A DNA stretch of 60,849 nt, counting the filler, from Vannella sp. (lineage: Eukaryota), in assembly GCA_023345925.1 (NCBI GenBank). It is 6 parts of 6 records of this genome, joined end to end, with 100 filler letters (N's around TTAATTAATTAA, not from the genome) between each part and the next. Parts side by side here need not be neighbours in the genome. Positions count along the whole stretch, not along the records: positions 6,427 to 19,808 come from JAJQQN010000965.1; positions 19,909 to 32,404 come from JAJQQN010000252.1; 4 more parts are not named here. One strand, written 5' to 3'. A program made the translations under genes and the position numbers. Every line of letters starts with the position of its first letter. Position 1 is the stretch's first letter. Shown one piece after another: positions 9,991-22,149 of this stretch. The notes under the pieces were generated by a model. It saw nothing but the letters and a program-made list of their open reading frames with translations. It was not told where the DNA came from and did not search any database.

Positions 9991-12900
9991 TTATTTGGCT
10001 TCTCTGCTGCTTCCAAGGTGGATTTGAGTTCTCTTGATGGTCGGCTGAGCGGCGATGTTGTTGCTCCATTCGCTTGCCACTCGAGTTTGAGGGGGAGTTC
10101 CTTCTGTTCTGCTCGGAGCTGGGGCTGGCAAGGTGCCTGTGGCTGTTGGTGTTGGATCGGGCAAGCTGCTCATGGGGGCAGGGCGTGTGTCTGTCATGGC
10201 CCTTACAGTGGCAATTCTACCTCGGGGCAAACAAGCAATATCCGTTTGAGTGGAATTACCTCGGGCAGTGAGAAGCCCCGATTGCGCCGAATCGGCATCA
10301 CGGGAGCGGAGGATTTCTGCTTCTTTCTTTTGCTCAAGAACCTCCATGTCGCTGAGCGAGAGTTGAATAGAGAATCGACTGGACACGTTAGGGGCTGAGA
10401 TTTTGTACTTGGTGCGAGGCAAATCCTTCCGCAGCTCCACTTTCTGGCCTGTTGTAAAGTCAGGAACAAGCGTGAATGAGAGGATAAGGGAATGGCCAAC
10501 CTGAAAGGATTTTGATCATGTCAGAAGAGGCAGAGAACTGCCGAGCGATTTCCATCAACGACTTTCCATTGCGTATCCCATTGACTTGGTCAATGCCTCC
10601 AAAATCGATCAAAATCTTTACAACGGCCGTGTTTCCACCCTTGACGGCGTTAAATAAGCATGTTTCGTCCTCACTGAGCCCCAACAGGTCAGCGAACAGA
10701 ATGTAAAAGATGTTAACAGTGAATATACCTGCTTGTGATAGTGAGATCTGCACCGCTGCTAATAAGAAGTCGCACCACATAAATGTTATCGAGCATACAA
10801 GCGTAGTGCAAGCAAGTCTCTCCAGCCAGATTCTTCTTGTTAACGTCAACTCCCAATTCAATCATCCGTCTGATGACAGTTAGCAGTAACTCTCGAAGGT
10901 CCTCCTTGTTTTCAACAGGATAGCGAACAATGTAGAACAAAGCCGTATTGCCTTGGCTTGTCTGCTTGTTAATATCGATTCCGGGTGTTGACAAGATCTT
11001 CTGCAGGATCTCCAGATGTGCCAAAGTGTAAGTACTTGCAGCGCAGTGAATAGGCGTGAACCCATTGGCGTCCTGCTCATTGAGATCACCAGGAGAGTGA
11101 GCCAATATGTCAGAAATGCGGGAGGTGGCTGCCTCAGCTACAGCCTGATGGAGATTTGTACGATCTTGAGCATCTTGATCATCTGCTGGCTGCCAAAGCT
11201 CACAGACAGTCTTGCACTCATTCTCCAAGCGAATAAACATGCCTACTACCAACCCCGAGATGGGAACGATGTGGAATGAGACTTCGTTAGTTTTGGCGTA
11301 CTCAGGATCCTCCAATTTGTGCATTTCCCGAAGGTAATGGATGTCCTTAATCATATCATCAATCCATTCACGGCTCTGCTCCTCAATAGAGTCCTTCTCG
11401 CGTGCAAATGCCTCTTCAACCTTCTCCAAGCTAAATTCTTCTCCAACCAAACGGAATTGCTCCGAGAGGACAATCTGAGCGTCTCTCACAAAGTCGTTAA
11501 TCTTCGGATAAATCCTCTGTTGTAAGGATGTGATAAGGGCTTGGATGCGCTGGCGATGAGGAGTAGAGTCATCTGCGTTATCAAGGAAAGGAGAAATAAT
11601 CCTCAGATTCTCTTGAACAGCTTCCAAGTCATCAGGAGGGCGCTCAACATAGTTCTCAGGCACAGCATCGTATTTGTACCCCATTTTCCCGAGCAGTCCG
11701 AGCACTTCCACATCAATCTCATGCAACCACCAAGCCGAGATTTCATCTTTGCGTTCCCCACTCATTAAAGAGCGCTTTTCTAACTTCAGTTGATCCAACC
11801 CGCCCTCGCATATGCCACGGTAGCGACTAATATGCATGCTGACCAGACTTCCCATGTCAAAGTTCTCCAACTGCTCGAGATTCTGCTTATAAGTCGGTCG
11901 GAAGGCGGTTGGGCGGCTCATTTGTTCTTTGTATCCAGCGATAGCGTTGGAAAGAAGGGCTGTGAGAGACTCTTTAAGGTCTGAAGGTCCTTGTTTACCG
12001 AAGAGAGCGAGTCTCTCAAGTGACTGATTGAGTGCTCCGAGCTCGGAGATGGAGCAGCAGTTCATATTAGCCTTGTGAATGACGTCCATGTCCAACGCAA
12101 GAGCATCCTGAGTGAGTCTCTCGACACCAGCCATCAGTTCTTGATAGATTGCGTTCGTTGGGAGCTCTACGAGCTTCTCCATCTGAAGGGGGCTCATCTC
12201 ACGGATTCTCTTGGTAACCTTCTCTTCAGGAGGGTACACAGCGTCCTGTAGAATGAGGAAACTCTCAATCTCCTTCGGATCGATGCTCACACGGACTTTC
12301 CCGCTCTTTTCCTCCACCGAGATGAAGCGGCCGTAACGGAAGACGTTCGTAGTGACTTCCACGATGATCAAAGCACCCTTTAAGAGATGCTGGACGCCGC
12401 GCATGCGCCCTGCGAACTCGCGGACATGTCGACGCAACACAACTGGGTCGGATACAGCAGCCCAGCTGCTTATGAGGTTAAGGATCTCTTCACGGTCCTC
12501 TGTTATGGCAGAGAAGTCTGTGTTATCACGCGCCAGGAAGGAGCCCTTGTCGGACTCTTGAGGAAGGACGTCCTTGGCGGGGGGAACTCCAATCAGGCAG
12601 GAGAACGGGTCCACTTGATGCTCACGTAAGAAAGAGAGAAGGTCGCACGCCAAAGTAGCGTGGGCGTGAGCGCCCAGCTGCATCTGGTCGACCCCAGTGG
12701 GCGATCCAAAAGCGATGTAGTCGGTGAGGATACCTTCAATGTGCTCCACTGCAGTGGGAGAGAGAGGATTACGGAAGTTGCCTGTCTCCACAGAGTCAAC
12801 GAAGAACTTGTAGAAGAGCGCAGTGCATGAACGGGTGCCGTTGCTGTGTTGGAAGGCGGAGAGAAGCTTCATAACGGTCTCCACCTGCTGGCAGAACTCC

Positions 12901-13214
12901 GCTTGTAGTGAGTTAGAAGAGTTGGTATGCTCTAGCTTCTTTCTCTTCTTCTTTTCCACTGCAACTCGCTTCCGTTGCTTCAATGGCAAACGGTCTAAAC
13001 AGCCGAAGAGGGACAAGATCTTGTGCAACTCGCCCGTCCGCTTGACAGCTCCCGCAGACAACTCCTTCTCTAAGTTACCACTACCGCCTTGAGGCAACGA
13101 GATGGCCATAGGACGGATAGACACGCCCCTGTCCCTCGTGGACTTGGCTCGTGTGGTGGCCATCGGGCAAATGGTCGTGGAAGGCGTCCAGAGGGATTTG
13201 AAAGTGGATTTCAT
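9991..13214 (-). CDS. Large helical protein of unknown function with C-terminal ankyrin repeats and a Pro/Thr-rich tail (2 introns; start may be a downstream ATG)
   Basis: GFTPIHCAA, GNTALFY, GETCLHYAC, ETCLFNAV repeats; ORFs 10713-13214, 10460-10861 and 9991-10440 join via GT-AG introns. Confidence 0.75.
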
Positions 13215-13225
13215 TGTTTGAGGGG

Positions 13226-13738
13226 ATGTTTGCAGTGGTGGTAGAAGGAGAAAGCGTTCGGAGCGACTTTCGTGAAGTGGAGTCGAATAAGTTCCTCATT
13301 GAGGTACCAGTGAGGGGGAGGAAGCTCAAGTCTTCGACAGTATGCGTGTTCTTGACAGGGAGCTCTACGATTCCTCTAGGAGGAGCCGCAGCAGTGCACT
13401 ACGCGTGGCTTTCGGATGCTGCTTTCATCTTCGCGGCTTCGTTAACGAACGAGGTGCCCAGTGCTCTCTTCTCTGTTTCCCTAAGTAGTGATGCTGATGA
13501 TGTACTTCGTATTGGCATCTCCATCGAGCCCGTACAGAGTGTTGCGCAACAACAGCACACCAAAACAGCTCTCACTAGCCACCAGGTGGCTCTAAAGGTC
13601 GCTAGACACTTCCACAACTATGTTAGTAGCTTCCCTCAAAGCAGTACACAAGGAATCCCTCTCGCCTTGTTGGACAAATGGTTCCAGGGCTTCGAGAAGA
13701 AGATTGCAAGCAATCCTGCCTTCTTAGAGGCTTTGTAG
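13226..13738 (+). CDS. Hikeshi/OPI10-family protein
   Basis: MFAVVV start, VCVFLTG, PSALF, IGISIEP, HFHNYVSSF, IPLALLDKWFQGFEKKIASNPAFL. Confidence 0.85.
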   Translation: MFAVVVEGESVRSDFREVESNKFLIEVPVRGRKLKSSTVCVFLTGSSTIPLGGAAAVHYAWLSDAAFIFAASLTNEVPSALFSVSLSSDADDVLRIGISIEPVQSVAQQQHTKTALTSHQVALKVARHFHNYVSSFPQSSTQGIPLALLDKWFQGFEKKIASNPAFLEAL

Positions 13739-13790
13739 ACCTTCACAGGCACCCAATGAACAGCTAGACAGTGATAAAGAAGGAGAGGCT

Positions 13791-16700
13791 TTATAATGAG
13801 GACGGAGGATCTGGCAATGGGCTATGGCCGGGGGAGTTGGGCGGTCCACCCGATGCTTGGCGCCTTGTTCTCAGAGGAAGGCTCTCTTCTGACCCAAACA
13901 GAGAGCCAGAGAGGGAAGACTCACCAAAGAGCATGGGATCCATCTCTTCCACGTCAGATGGGACAATGAAAGACCCTCCAGGACTGGAATCTGGAATTAC
14001 GAACCCTTTCCAGGTTTGGTCCGCTGTTCCTCCGCTGCTTGTGCGTTTAAACTCGGAAGGGTGTTGTCGCGGGGATATGTCACCAGCGGATTGGCGGTTC
14101 AGGAAGGTGCCTTTGCGTTCCCGCATTCGGACGGCAAACTTGTCCCTTTTCACCCATTTGATCACCAGCGAGTCTTTTCCAACGGAGAAGAGGAGGTTCT
14201 TTGCACCTGTTAGAGAAATGACTGGTTGCTTATGGTCTGAAAGGTCTTGGGTGGCTTTCATCGATGCCACATCCCACAACACGATGGAAGCTCCAGAGCA
14301 GGCGAAGAGGCATTGAGAGGCTTCTATCATATATAGATGGCGCACTCCATTGCAAGTCAAAGTCCTCTCCAATTCGATGGTGTTTTCATTTTCCCGCCAA
14401 ATCTTCACTTCTGCGTTGGTTCTTGAACTCGTCCAAATCCACTTGTTACTGGGCGAGAAGCAAATAGAAGAGATTGGACCTGTGTGCGCTTCCCAAGAGG
14501 CAATATACTGGAGAGATGAAGCGTGGATGATGTGAATATGCCCTTTTTGATCCCCGGCCAAGATATGAGTGTCTGCCTGCTGTTCCTGACTGGATAGTAG
14601 GCAACTTGCTAGGTAAGTCACCTTGGTGTGCGGGGGGAGTGAGAGATAGTGGGCCATTTCGAGGTGGTTAGAGTCCCATACGAAGAGCTGGGAAAGGTCG
14701 GGAGAGGATCCCCAGACTGTCTGGTGGACTTGGATGAGCTGCCTTATCGAAGAGGTTTCAGAGCGGAAAGGGAAGAATTCTGCAACCTCCTGGAAGTCTG
14801 ACTTGGACCAAACACGTACAGTCCCACCCACAGAGGCAGTCCATACGTGGTCCCCAGAGTACAATAACGCTGTTATGCGATATTCATGAGCTTTCCACTG
14901 GTGTATCACCCCAGACAGATCCAAATCGACAATGAGAATCGATCCATCTATGCAACCAATCCATAAGCGTTCTTCAACCAGTCCTAAAACATTTGCAGGA
15001 CTGTCAAATCGACTTTTTGCGGCCACTTTGAAGTCTTCCACATAAGCGCTGTTCCAAGAGGTGGTGGTTGGTGGTGAAGGAAAGTATTCTGGAGACGAGA
15101 TAGCCTTTGGAATGGCTGGGTCAGGATAAAGATCCTGACGTCCCGCTCTAAACACACATAACTTCTGCAAACGATTTGCTAAGTCAGAGAAGGAAGGACG
15201 AAGCTCAGGATCTTGATTCCAGCATTCTTCAATGATATGACGGAAGACAGAAGGACATTCAGAATCTATAAAATCAAGCGAGGGTCGGAGTCCTGCGCTT
15301 ACCACCAGATCCTTCGTAGCTTTGCTGCGCCGCGTTTTTGCGTTGGGAGAGGGAGAAGACGGCCCCTCACAAAACTCACTGAAAGGGAAAAGAAGAGAGC
15401 CAATCTCCCAACAGACAATCCCAAAACTGTAAACATCCGCACTAAGAGTGTACTGGCCTTTGGACAGAGTCTCAGGAGCCATCCATTCCCAGCAATGAAG
15501 TTGTCCCTCCACAACAGGAGCCACAAAGCGAGAGAGCCCAAAGTCAGCAACTTTTGCTCTGACTGCAGCACGCTCTGAAAGGCTTGCCAGAAAGATATTT
15601 GGGCTTCTCAGATCACGGTGGATGATAGGAGGTTGAAGAGAATGCAAATACGCCATCCCTGTCGCAATATCGCAAGCGATTTGTAGACGCAAACTCCAAG
15701 GAAAGAGGTCTCTCGAGATAGAAACGATGCTTTGGGAATCAGAAAGAAGTGAACCAGGGTGAAGGAACTCAAAGAGGTCTCCCCGCTCCATCAACTCCAA
15801 GACAATCTCAATGTGAGTCCCTAATGTGATGCCAAGTAGCTTCACCAAGTGTAAATGGTTGAGCTGGCTCATTATGAACACCTCTTGCTGGAAGCTCCGA
15901 AAGTTTTCTTCCATTGCAGTCGTGCCTGCAGAGAAAGGCAGCTGTTTGATCGCGACTAGCTTTCCCGGAATCGTTCCTCGGAAAACTGTTCCAAACGGGG
16001 TCTGAGCAATGATGTCCCCTCTGGTCACCTCGTTTTGTCTGAAGATGCGAATATCAGCTAAAGCAATATCCGGTGCAATTGCAGCAATGCGGACCTCTCT
16101 AGTAGCAGAGGTAATGTGATTGCAGAAGAGAGATTTTCTTTGGTTAGTGATTGCCTCAACGCATTCGCGATAAGTGAATTCAAAGGGATCGCCTTTGTTG
16201 GTGGCTTCTGGACCACGCAAATTAAGACAGTGAGTGCATGGAATGGTTCTACGATACGAGCGTTTCATCTGAAAAGCATCTTCCAGAAGACCATCAGTGA
16301 TATCGAGAATCCAACGGAAAAAGGAATCTTGGGGATCATCAGGCTGAGCTCGAATAAGAATGCTGAGCCGATATTGAGGACCATTGTAATCGATGAGAGC
16401 GGCTTGACCTTTGTAACCAAGCAGAGCCGAAGATCGACCAATCGAAAGTCCCACCACAGATGGTAAATGCATGAGGCGGAGAATGAGACGACTGATGAGA
16501 CCGTGAGGTAAGAAAGAGAATAAATAGTTTCTCCCATAACTTCGCGGAGCTATGGCAGCAAAAGGAACAATCCAGTGTTTCATCAAATCACCTTCTGACA
16601 GTTTGAGAGGCATCATAGAAGGAATGACAAATGAACAGCTTCCGCCATCAGTCAGAAGAGGAAATATGATGAAGAACTTCTTCATCATGTTCAACAGCAC

Positions 16701-19462
16701 CAAATGTATATCAGTTGGGTAGTCCATGAAAACTTGTGAAATGTGCGCCTCAGGGAGAATGCCATTCCGAATCCAACTGTGTTTGAAAGTCAGAAAGTTT
16801 CCCATCACTGTTGAGAGCCAGAGAGGATTGAGTATGACTAAACCCTTGCCAGCTTCTTCCGGCTCGTACTGAGTAACAATTCGACCAGATTCTTTGAGGA
16901 ATTCTACACAGGCAGGGAGACAGCTTGGAAGTACCTCGCATCCTCTGGCCCATTCTTCAAAACGAGTCCATTTGACATAGGGTCGCGCCGCTTTGCTATC
17001 TACGTGATGTTCGAGATGTTCCAACAATCTCAGCCATTCTGATGGCACCCGCGGGAGGATTTTTTGTTGCAAGACCACCTCGATGAGTCTCTCTTTTAGC
17101 TCTTGTATGCCAGATCCACTCCGACAACTTACAAAGTAGACACCTTGCAGTCCAGCAAAGCGTTGAGGTGGGAATTGGTATCTGATCTCTTGCTTGGTGA
17201 ATTCGAGCTCTTCTTCGTTGTTTACCATTTGATCCGTGTGAGTTCCAACAAGGAGAACAGCATAAGGTTTCGAGGCCCCAGCTAGAGATCGTATCTGCCA
17301 CATCCAGTATTCCACACGGTCTTTGCGAAAGTCAGAAACGTTAAAGGCTATCAAATAAACAGATTGCTGAGTAAGGAAGAACTGGTGGGTGGGATAAAAG
17401 ATCTCTTGCCCGCCAAAATCCCACGCATTAAAGCTAATTTCAACAGTGGAATCCGTAGCAATGGTAGGAGCAGATTGGGTCAGGAGATTTGGCGTTGCCT
17501 TTCGGTTGCTTAGAATAAGGCCTTTGTGGATTTCAATTCCGTTGGTCGAGATGTTATCTTTGCACTTGGACTTTCCCTTCTTCTTTTTGAGGCACTCAAG
17601 AAGAGTGGTTTTACCAGTCCCCTCTTCACCGACCAACAGAAGTTTGCATTCAGCCCAACATTCAGACCGCTTCTCCAAAAGGCGATAGTACGATTGAATG
17701 CGGACCCAAGAGCCTCGAAATCCCTCGGGTATCAGCGAAAGTGGATTTCCATCAATTTTGATTGTCTGCAAGACAGTGAGCCATGCCAGAGCGGTTGGAA
17801 TTGTCTCGATCTTATTGCCTGAAATATCCAGGGATCTCCTGGTCCTTCGCTTCTCTTCGTTCAAAGAACACAACATGCGAGTTACTGCTTCTGGAACACA
17901 GGTCAAGCCACAGTTTGAGAGATCGATCACTTTGGACTGGAAAAGCTGATGGACCAAAAGTTGAGCTAACGGGGCGGATTCACAAGTAAAGATTCGCTCA
18001 GGAAGTCTCTCCTCAACGCGTCGGAAGGCAACGCCTTTTGCCAGAAGTATCTCGGCTACCTTGAACAATTCAGCGTCTAATGCGCGACCAAGGGACCCTT
18101 TGGAGCTGGATCCATTGAACTGGAAGAGGGATATGTGGTTTGGATTGAATGATGAATGAGAGCAGAACTCTTCCAACAGCTCTGCCTTCTGCTGACGGTC
18201 CAATGAGGATTCCAGAATAGCAGAATAGGCATTATTTGTGAAAGATGAATCAGATTGAAGGACTGCTTCGAAAGGTCCCCTCCCTTCAAAATTGACAATT
18301 TTGTGGTTGACTCCGTTTTCCAACAGGAATATCAAACATTCCATGTTTACGCTACCAACTGGGGAGCACACCGCATGCAAAAGAGTGTTACCGTACTAAT
18401 TTGATTGAGATCTCTAGCTTAAGGGCGGTCAAGTGCAGAAAGACTCACCTGGTCCGTTTCTTGCAAGTCAAAGTCATATTGTTGCAACAGCTTCAGCGCA
18501 CTTGTTTGACCAGAGTTTGCAGCTTGGTGCATTGGAATACTACAAGAGAGATTCCCTGATGCTCTTTTGTTCCCCAAAGCAACGTCATTCCTCAGTTTGC
18601 GGAGAAGTTTCACTGCACCAGCGTCAATCAGTGCTTGAATCGTATCCGTGCACCCTCCAGAGCATGCATGCATCAAAGGAGTCCAGTTGCACTTCAACTA
18701 GGTCAGTAGAATCCCTCCAGTAGTCGAAATCACTCACATCATCTCTTTTCGAGATGTCAGCTCGGGCTTCCAGCAGTGATCTGACAGCCAGGACGCTTCT
18801 CGAGATGCAAGCCACAGATAATGGCGTTCTACCCAGCTAGATTTCACGTTAATCGAGCGCCAGAGAGAGGCAAGACGAGACTCACCTCGTCCTGCGCATT
18901 TATGTTCGCACCACACTCGCTAAGGAACTCTATGATGAGTTGATTACCTAAACGAGAGACTATGTGAAGAGGAGTCGCCCCTAAATCGTCCTTCTCGTCC
19001 ACAAGGTACGCGTGAGTGCGCCCCAGCAAGCAGATGACTTCATACGCTTGGGCAGAAGCTGCGTAGTGGAAAACAGAAGCCCCAGACAAGTCCCTCGTAG
19101 AGAGATTACCTTGATAACTCAACAAGAGTCGGATGAGCTCAGGGCTGTTCGCAGAGGCGGCTCGGTGGAGGGCGGTAGCGTGGGTTTTGAGGGTGAGAGC
19201 GTGAACATTAGCAGGCGGCTCATGTGAGAGTAAAAGTTGGGCAACTTTCACTCTTCCATTCCTGCAAGCCACGCAAAGAGGGGTACCGAAGGAGCCTTCT
19301 GCCATGGCGTTGATAGGAATCCCTGCCTCCAAGGCAGCAAGCACCCCCGCAGTGTCCCCTTCCGCGCAGGCTTGATGAAGAACCGTGAATCCACGCTATC
19401 TTTTCGTCAGACCACCACAACCAACACCAAACAGCACAAACCCTCTCTTGGCCACTCGCCAT
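13791..19462 (-). CDS. ROCO kinase: ankyrin-LRR-ROC-COR-TKL kinase-WD40
   Basis: Ankyrin exons 18380-19462; LRR 'IDLSNCGLTCVP', 'LDISGNKIETIP'; ROC 'KLLLVGEEGTGKTTL', 'WDFGGQ', 'VGTHTD'; kinase 'HRDLRSPN', 'DFG', 'WMAPE'; WD40 tail. Confidence 0.92.
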
Positions 19463-19735
19463 CTCCCTGGTCCTTGAAAAAAATAAAATAGATATTTATT
19501 ATCCTCCCGCTTATGTGGGGCACAATTCAATACTGCACATGAGCAAATCCAGGGGAAATGCTCTGCTTCCTCTTGCAGGGAAACTCAGGTTGCATGGATT
19601 TATCAAAAGAAATCATCAGAACCCCTGATGATTGAACAAGAAACGGGGCATAATAAATGCATGATTATTTCGTGCTAATCGGAGGCGACCAATCATGAAC
19701 CCCCTTTTTACAGGGCCATTTCCCCTTGAAGGTCG

Positions 19736-19808
19736 ATGAGGATGATGCCGTCCCTGGCGATGTTCCTGGCTATCGCGGGGATCTGTGTGTTGGCTGGGGA
19801 CGTGATGG
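19736..19808 (+). CDS. Possible 5' end of a secreted protein (truncated by contig end)
   Basis: MRMMPSLAMFLAIAGICVLAGD resembles a signal peptide; divergent from the ROCO gene. Confidence 0.3.
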
Positions 19809-19908
19809 NNNNNNNNNNNNNNNNNNNNNNNNNNNNNNNNNNNNNNNNNNNNTTAATTAATTAANNNNNNNNNNNNNNNNNNNNNNNNNNNNNNNNNNNN
19901 NNNNNNNN
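19809..19908. other. Artificial contig spacer
   Basis: N44-TTAATTAATTAA-N44. Confidence 0.98.
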
Positions 19909-20683
19909 GCCGGGAACTATTTATTGATCCAGTCAGAGGTTCTGAAGTGCCAGAGCATTGCTGAGACTTACCCAAAGAACTACTATGCTTGGACTTATCG
20001 GTCTATTCTATGTAATCGCCTCTGCTCCTTGGAAGACGTCCAGAATCAATTGGAATCTCTGGCGCAATGGCAAAGGCGCCATGTTTCCGACCACAGCGCT
20101 TGCCAGCACCGGCAGCACCTTTGGAAGCTCTTTCTGGGATTCATTAGCCCTGACTTGGAGTCAGCTTACCGCCAAGTTATCAAAAATCCAAGAAACAAGT
20201 CACTTTCAATGTTGGGCTCGGTTTCACTCGATCATAGTCAGCTTCACTTGCTAACAGCATTTTGGGATAACGAGTTTGCACTCGCCAATCGACTAATGGA
20301 GTTCTATCCGGGACACGAGTCTCTTTGGTACCACCGAAGACTTTTAGTGTCTTCTCGACTGATTGTAGCTCTGATTGCTTCACTTCCTGGGGCTGATTCT
20401 GTTCACTTTCAAACGGAGTTTTCTTTCATACAGACTGCTAGGGAGGACGACGCTGTCAGCTACTTTGAGAAGAATCGGCGCTTTGCCAGTTCGTACCATT
20501 GTTGGCTCCTTTCACTGGTACGTCTCTTATCCCTTTCCACTCACTCTCACATCTTCTCAGATACGATCTACCGTTCCTGACGGCCATCCTTTGGGTGTGT
20601 CCAGGCAAATCTTGATCCAAGAGGAGAAAGCGGCTTTCCCGCCCTTTTCCACATTTGTATCAACCCGCATCATTCCCAAGTGA
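19909..20683 (+). CDS. PTAR1: Protein prenyltransferase alpha-subunit repeat protein (PTAR1-like), 5' truncated
   Basis: YPKNYYAWTYR, HVSDHSACQHR, YPGHESLWYHRR; one intron near 20518-20560. Confidence 0.8.
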
Positions 20684-20775
20684 AAGATTATATTATAATG
20701 AATCAAACAGAATGCATTTCATTGGTGGGAGAGGCCATTTATTTGTCATTTTTTAGTGGAGGGAAGAGAGTGGCC

Positions 20776-21086
20776 ATGGAACAGAACAATATGGAGCAGT
20801 TGATGAACACTATGATGACGCCAGATCAGCTGGTCGAGCTGAACATGCAAGTGACCTTGGAAATGTACAACAAGTGGGTGATCGCCTTCTGATCTCGCCT
20901 TGGGAATGTGTTTCTCACGGGAAAGGGTGGCTTTGCAGGATGCAAGCGCAGTGCTTTGACAAGTGCGTGCTTAACTACAAAGAAAGCGAGCTTTCCTCCG
21001 GTGAGCGCGTCTGTGCAGAGAGATGTGTCGTCAAGTTCGTTGAAACCTCGAAGAAGATCGGCACGAAGATGCAGGGAGGCCGCTAA
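20776..21086 (+). CDS. Small Tim chaperone (Tim10/Tim9 family), 1 intron
   Basis: Twin CX3C: CFDKC...ELSSGERVCAERCVVKF. Confidence 0.88.
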
Positions 21087-21155
21087 ACACTTCTAAACTC
21101 TTCTCTAAAGCTGTAGCTAGTCTTGTTCGGAGCAAAGGAGTCATTTCTTGTCGCC

Positions 21156-22115
21156 ATGGCGGAGTGCGAGGGGGCGGGAGGGAGTCCTCACTTCTTAGAC
21201 GTTCATGTGATCGAGGGGAAGGAGCTTAAGATCACCAACTTCTTCTCAAGCTCTGCAAGCGACTCCTTTGTGACTCTGAGCACGCGAGACAAGCTCCAGA
21301 AGCTGCAAACGTCCGAAGTGCAGTTGAAGACGCTGACGCCTCAATGGGGGCAGACTTTCACCTTCAATCTGCCACAGAATCCAGATTCAGAGACCCTCTT
21401 CATCACTGTATGGGGCAAGAAGGCCATCAAGAGTGACGTACACATCGGTCGCCTTGAAGTTCCGGTCTCTTTGGTGCTCCAACACGCTGGAGAAGGCGAG
21501 AAGGGCTACAAACAGAACACTCCTTTAGAACGCTGGTTTCTCCTCCTTCCACAAGAGGGAACGAAGGACTTGAACGCGCCAACAGGCTGGATCAAGCTCG
21601 GTTTTACTTACAAGTTCATTCCTTTAGTCCTCGACGTCATGCCAGGCTCTTCAATGTCTGCTATAGACCCATATGTATCCATTGGCATGGCTGGAATGCA
21701 CAAGAGTGAGGAGGTTACGGCTATTGTATGCTCCACGTGCCAAATGCCCTACACTGCGGAAGAGATGAGCGCACACGTTCGTGCCTGCTCTGTGGTCGCT
21801 CTAGCTATTCACTCACCACCTCTGTATCCCCAATTGTCACCAAGCTTCTCTCCCAGAGTGGCTGCTCTGCAAACGAGCGACTTTTCTGTGCCGGAGGGAT
21901 TCTCTTCTGACCCTTCCCAACCGTCCCCTAACTCACCCAGAGTGTACTCAATAAGTCCCTCTCCAGTATCTCAACAAGAAGGCGCTTCTCTGTACAGCTC
22001 ATCGCCTCAACGTGACTTCTTTGGAGAGGTAACGTCTCTTCGGCGAGACTCTTTGCCTGAGCCAGTCTCTGATCCTTATGCGGCCCCGCAGTACACTTTC
22101 GCCTTCCCACAATGA
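21156..22115 (+). CDS. C2-domain protein with a C2HC zinc knuckle and Ser/Pro-rich tail
   Basis: LDVHVIEGKEL...KTLTPQWGQTFTF...LFITVW...IGRLEVPV; CSTC...H...C. Confidence 0.8.
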   Translation: MAECEGAGGSPHFLDVHVIEGKELKITNFFSSSASDSFVTLSTRDKLQKLQTSEVQLKTLTPQWGQTFTFNLPQNPDSETLFITVWGKKAIKSDVHIGRLEVPVSLVLQHAGEGEKGYKQNTPLERWFLLLPQEGTKDLNAPTGWIKLGFTYKFIPLVLDVMPGSSMSAIDPYVSIGMAGMHKSEEVTAIVCSTCQMPYTAEEMSAHVRACSVVALAIHSPPLYPQLSPSFSPRVAALQTSDFSVPEGFSSDPSQPSPNSPRVYSISPSPVSQQEGASLYSSSPQRDFFGEVTSLRRDSLPEPVSDPYAAPQYTFAFPQ

Positions 22116-22149
22116 ACAAAGAATGAGGAGAAAGAGGGTTATTAGCAGC

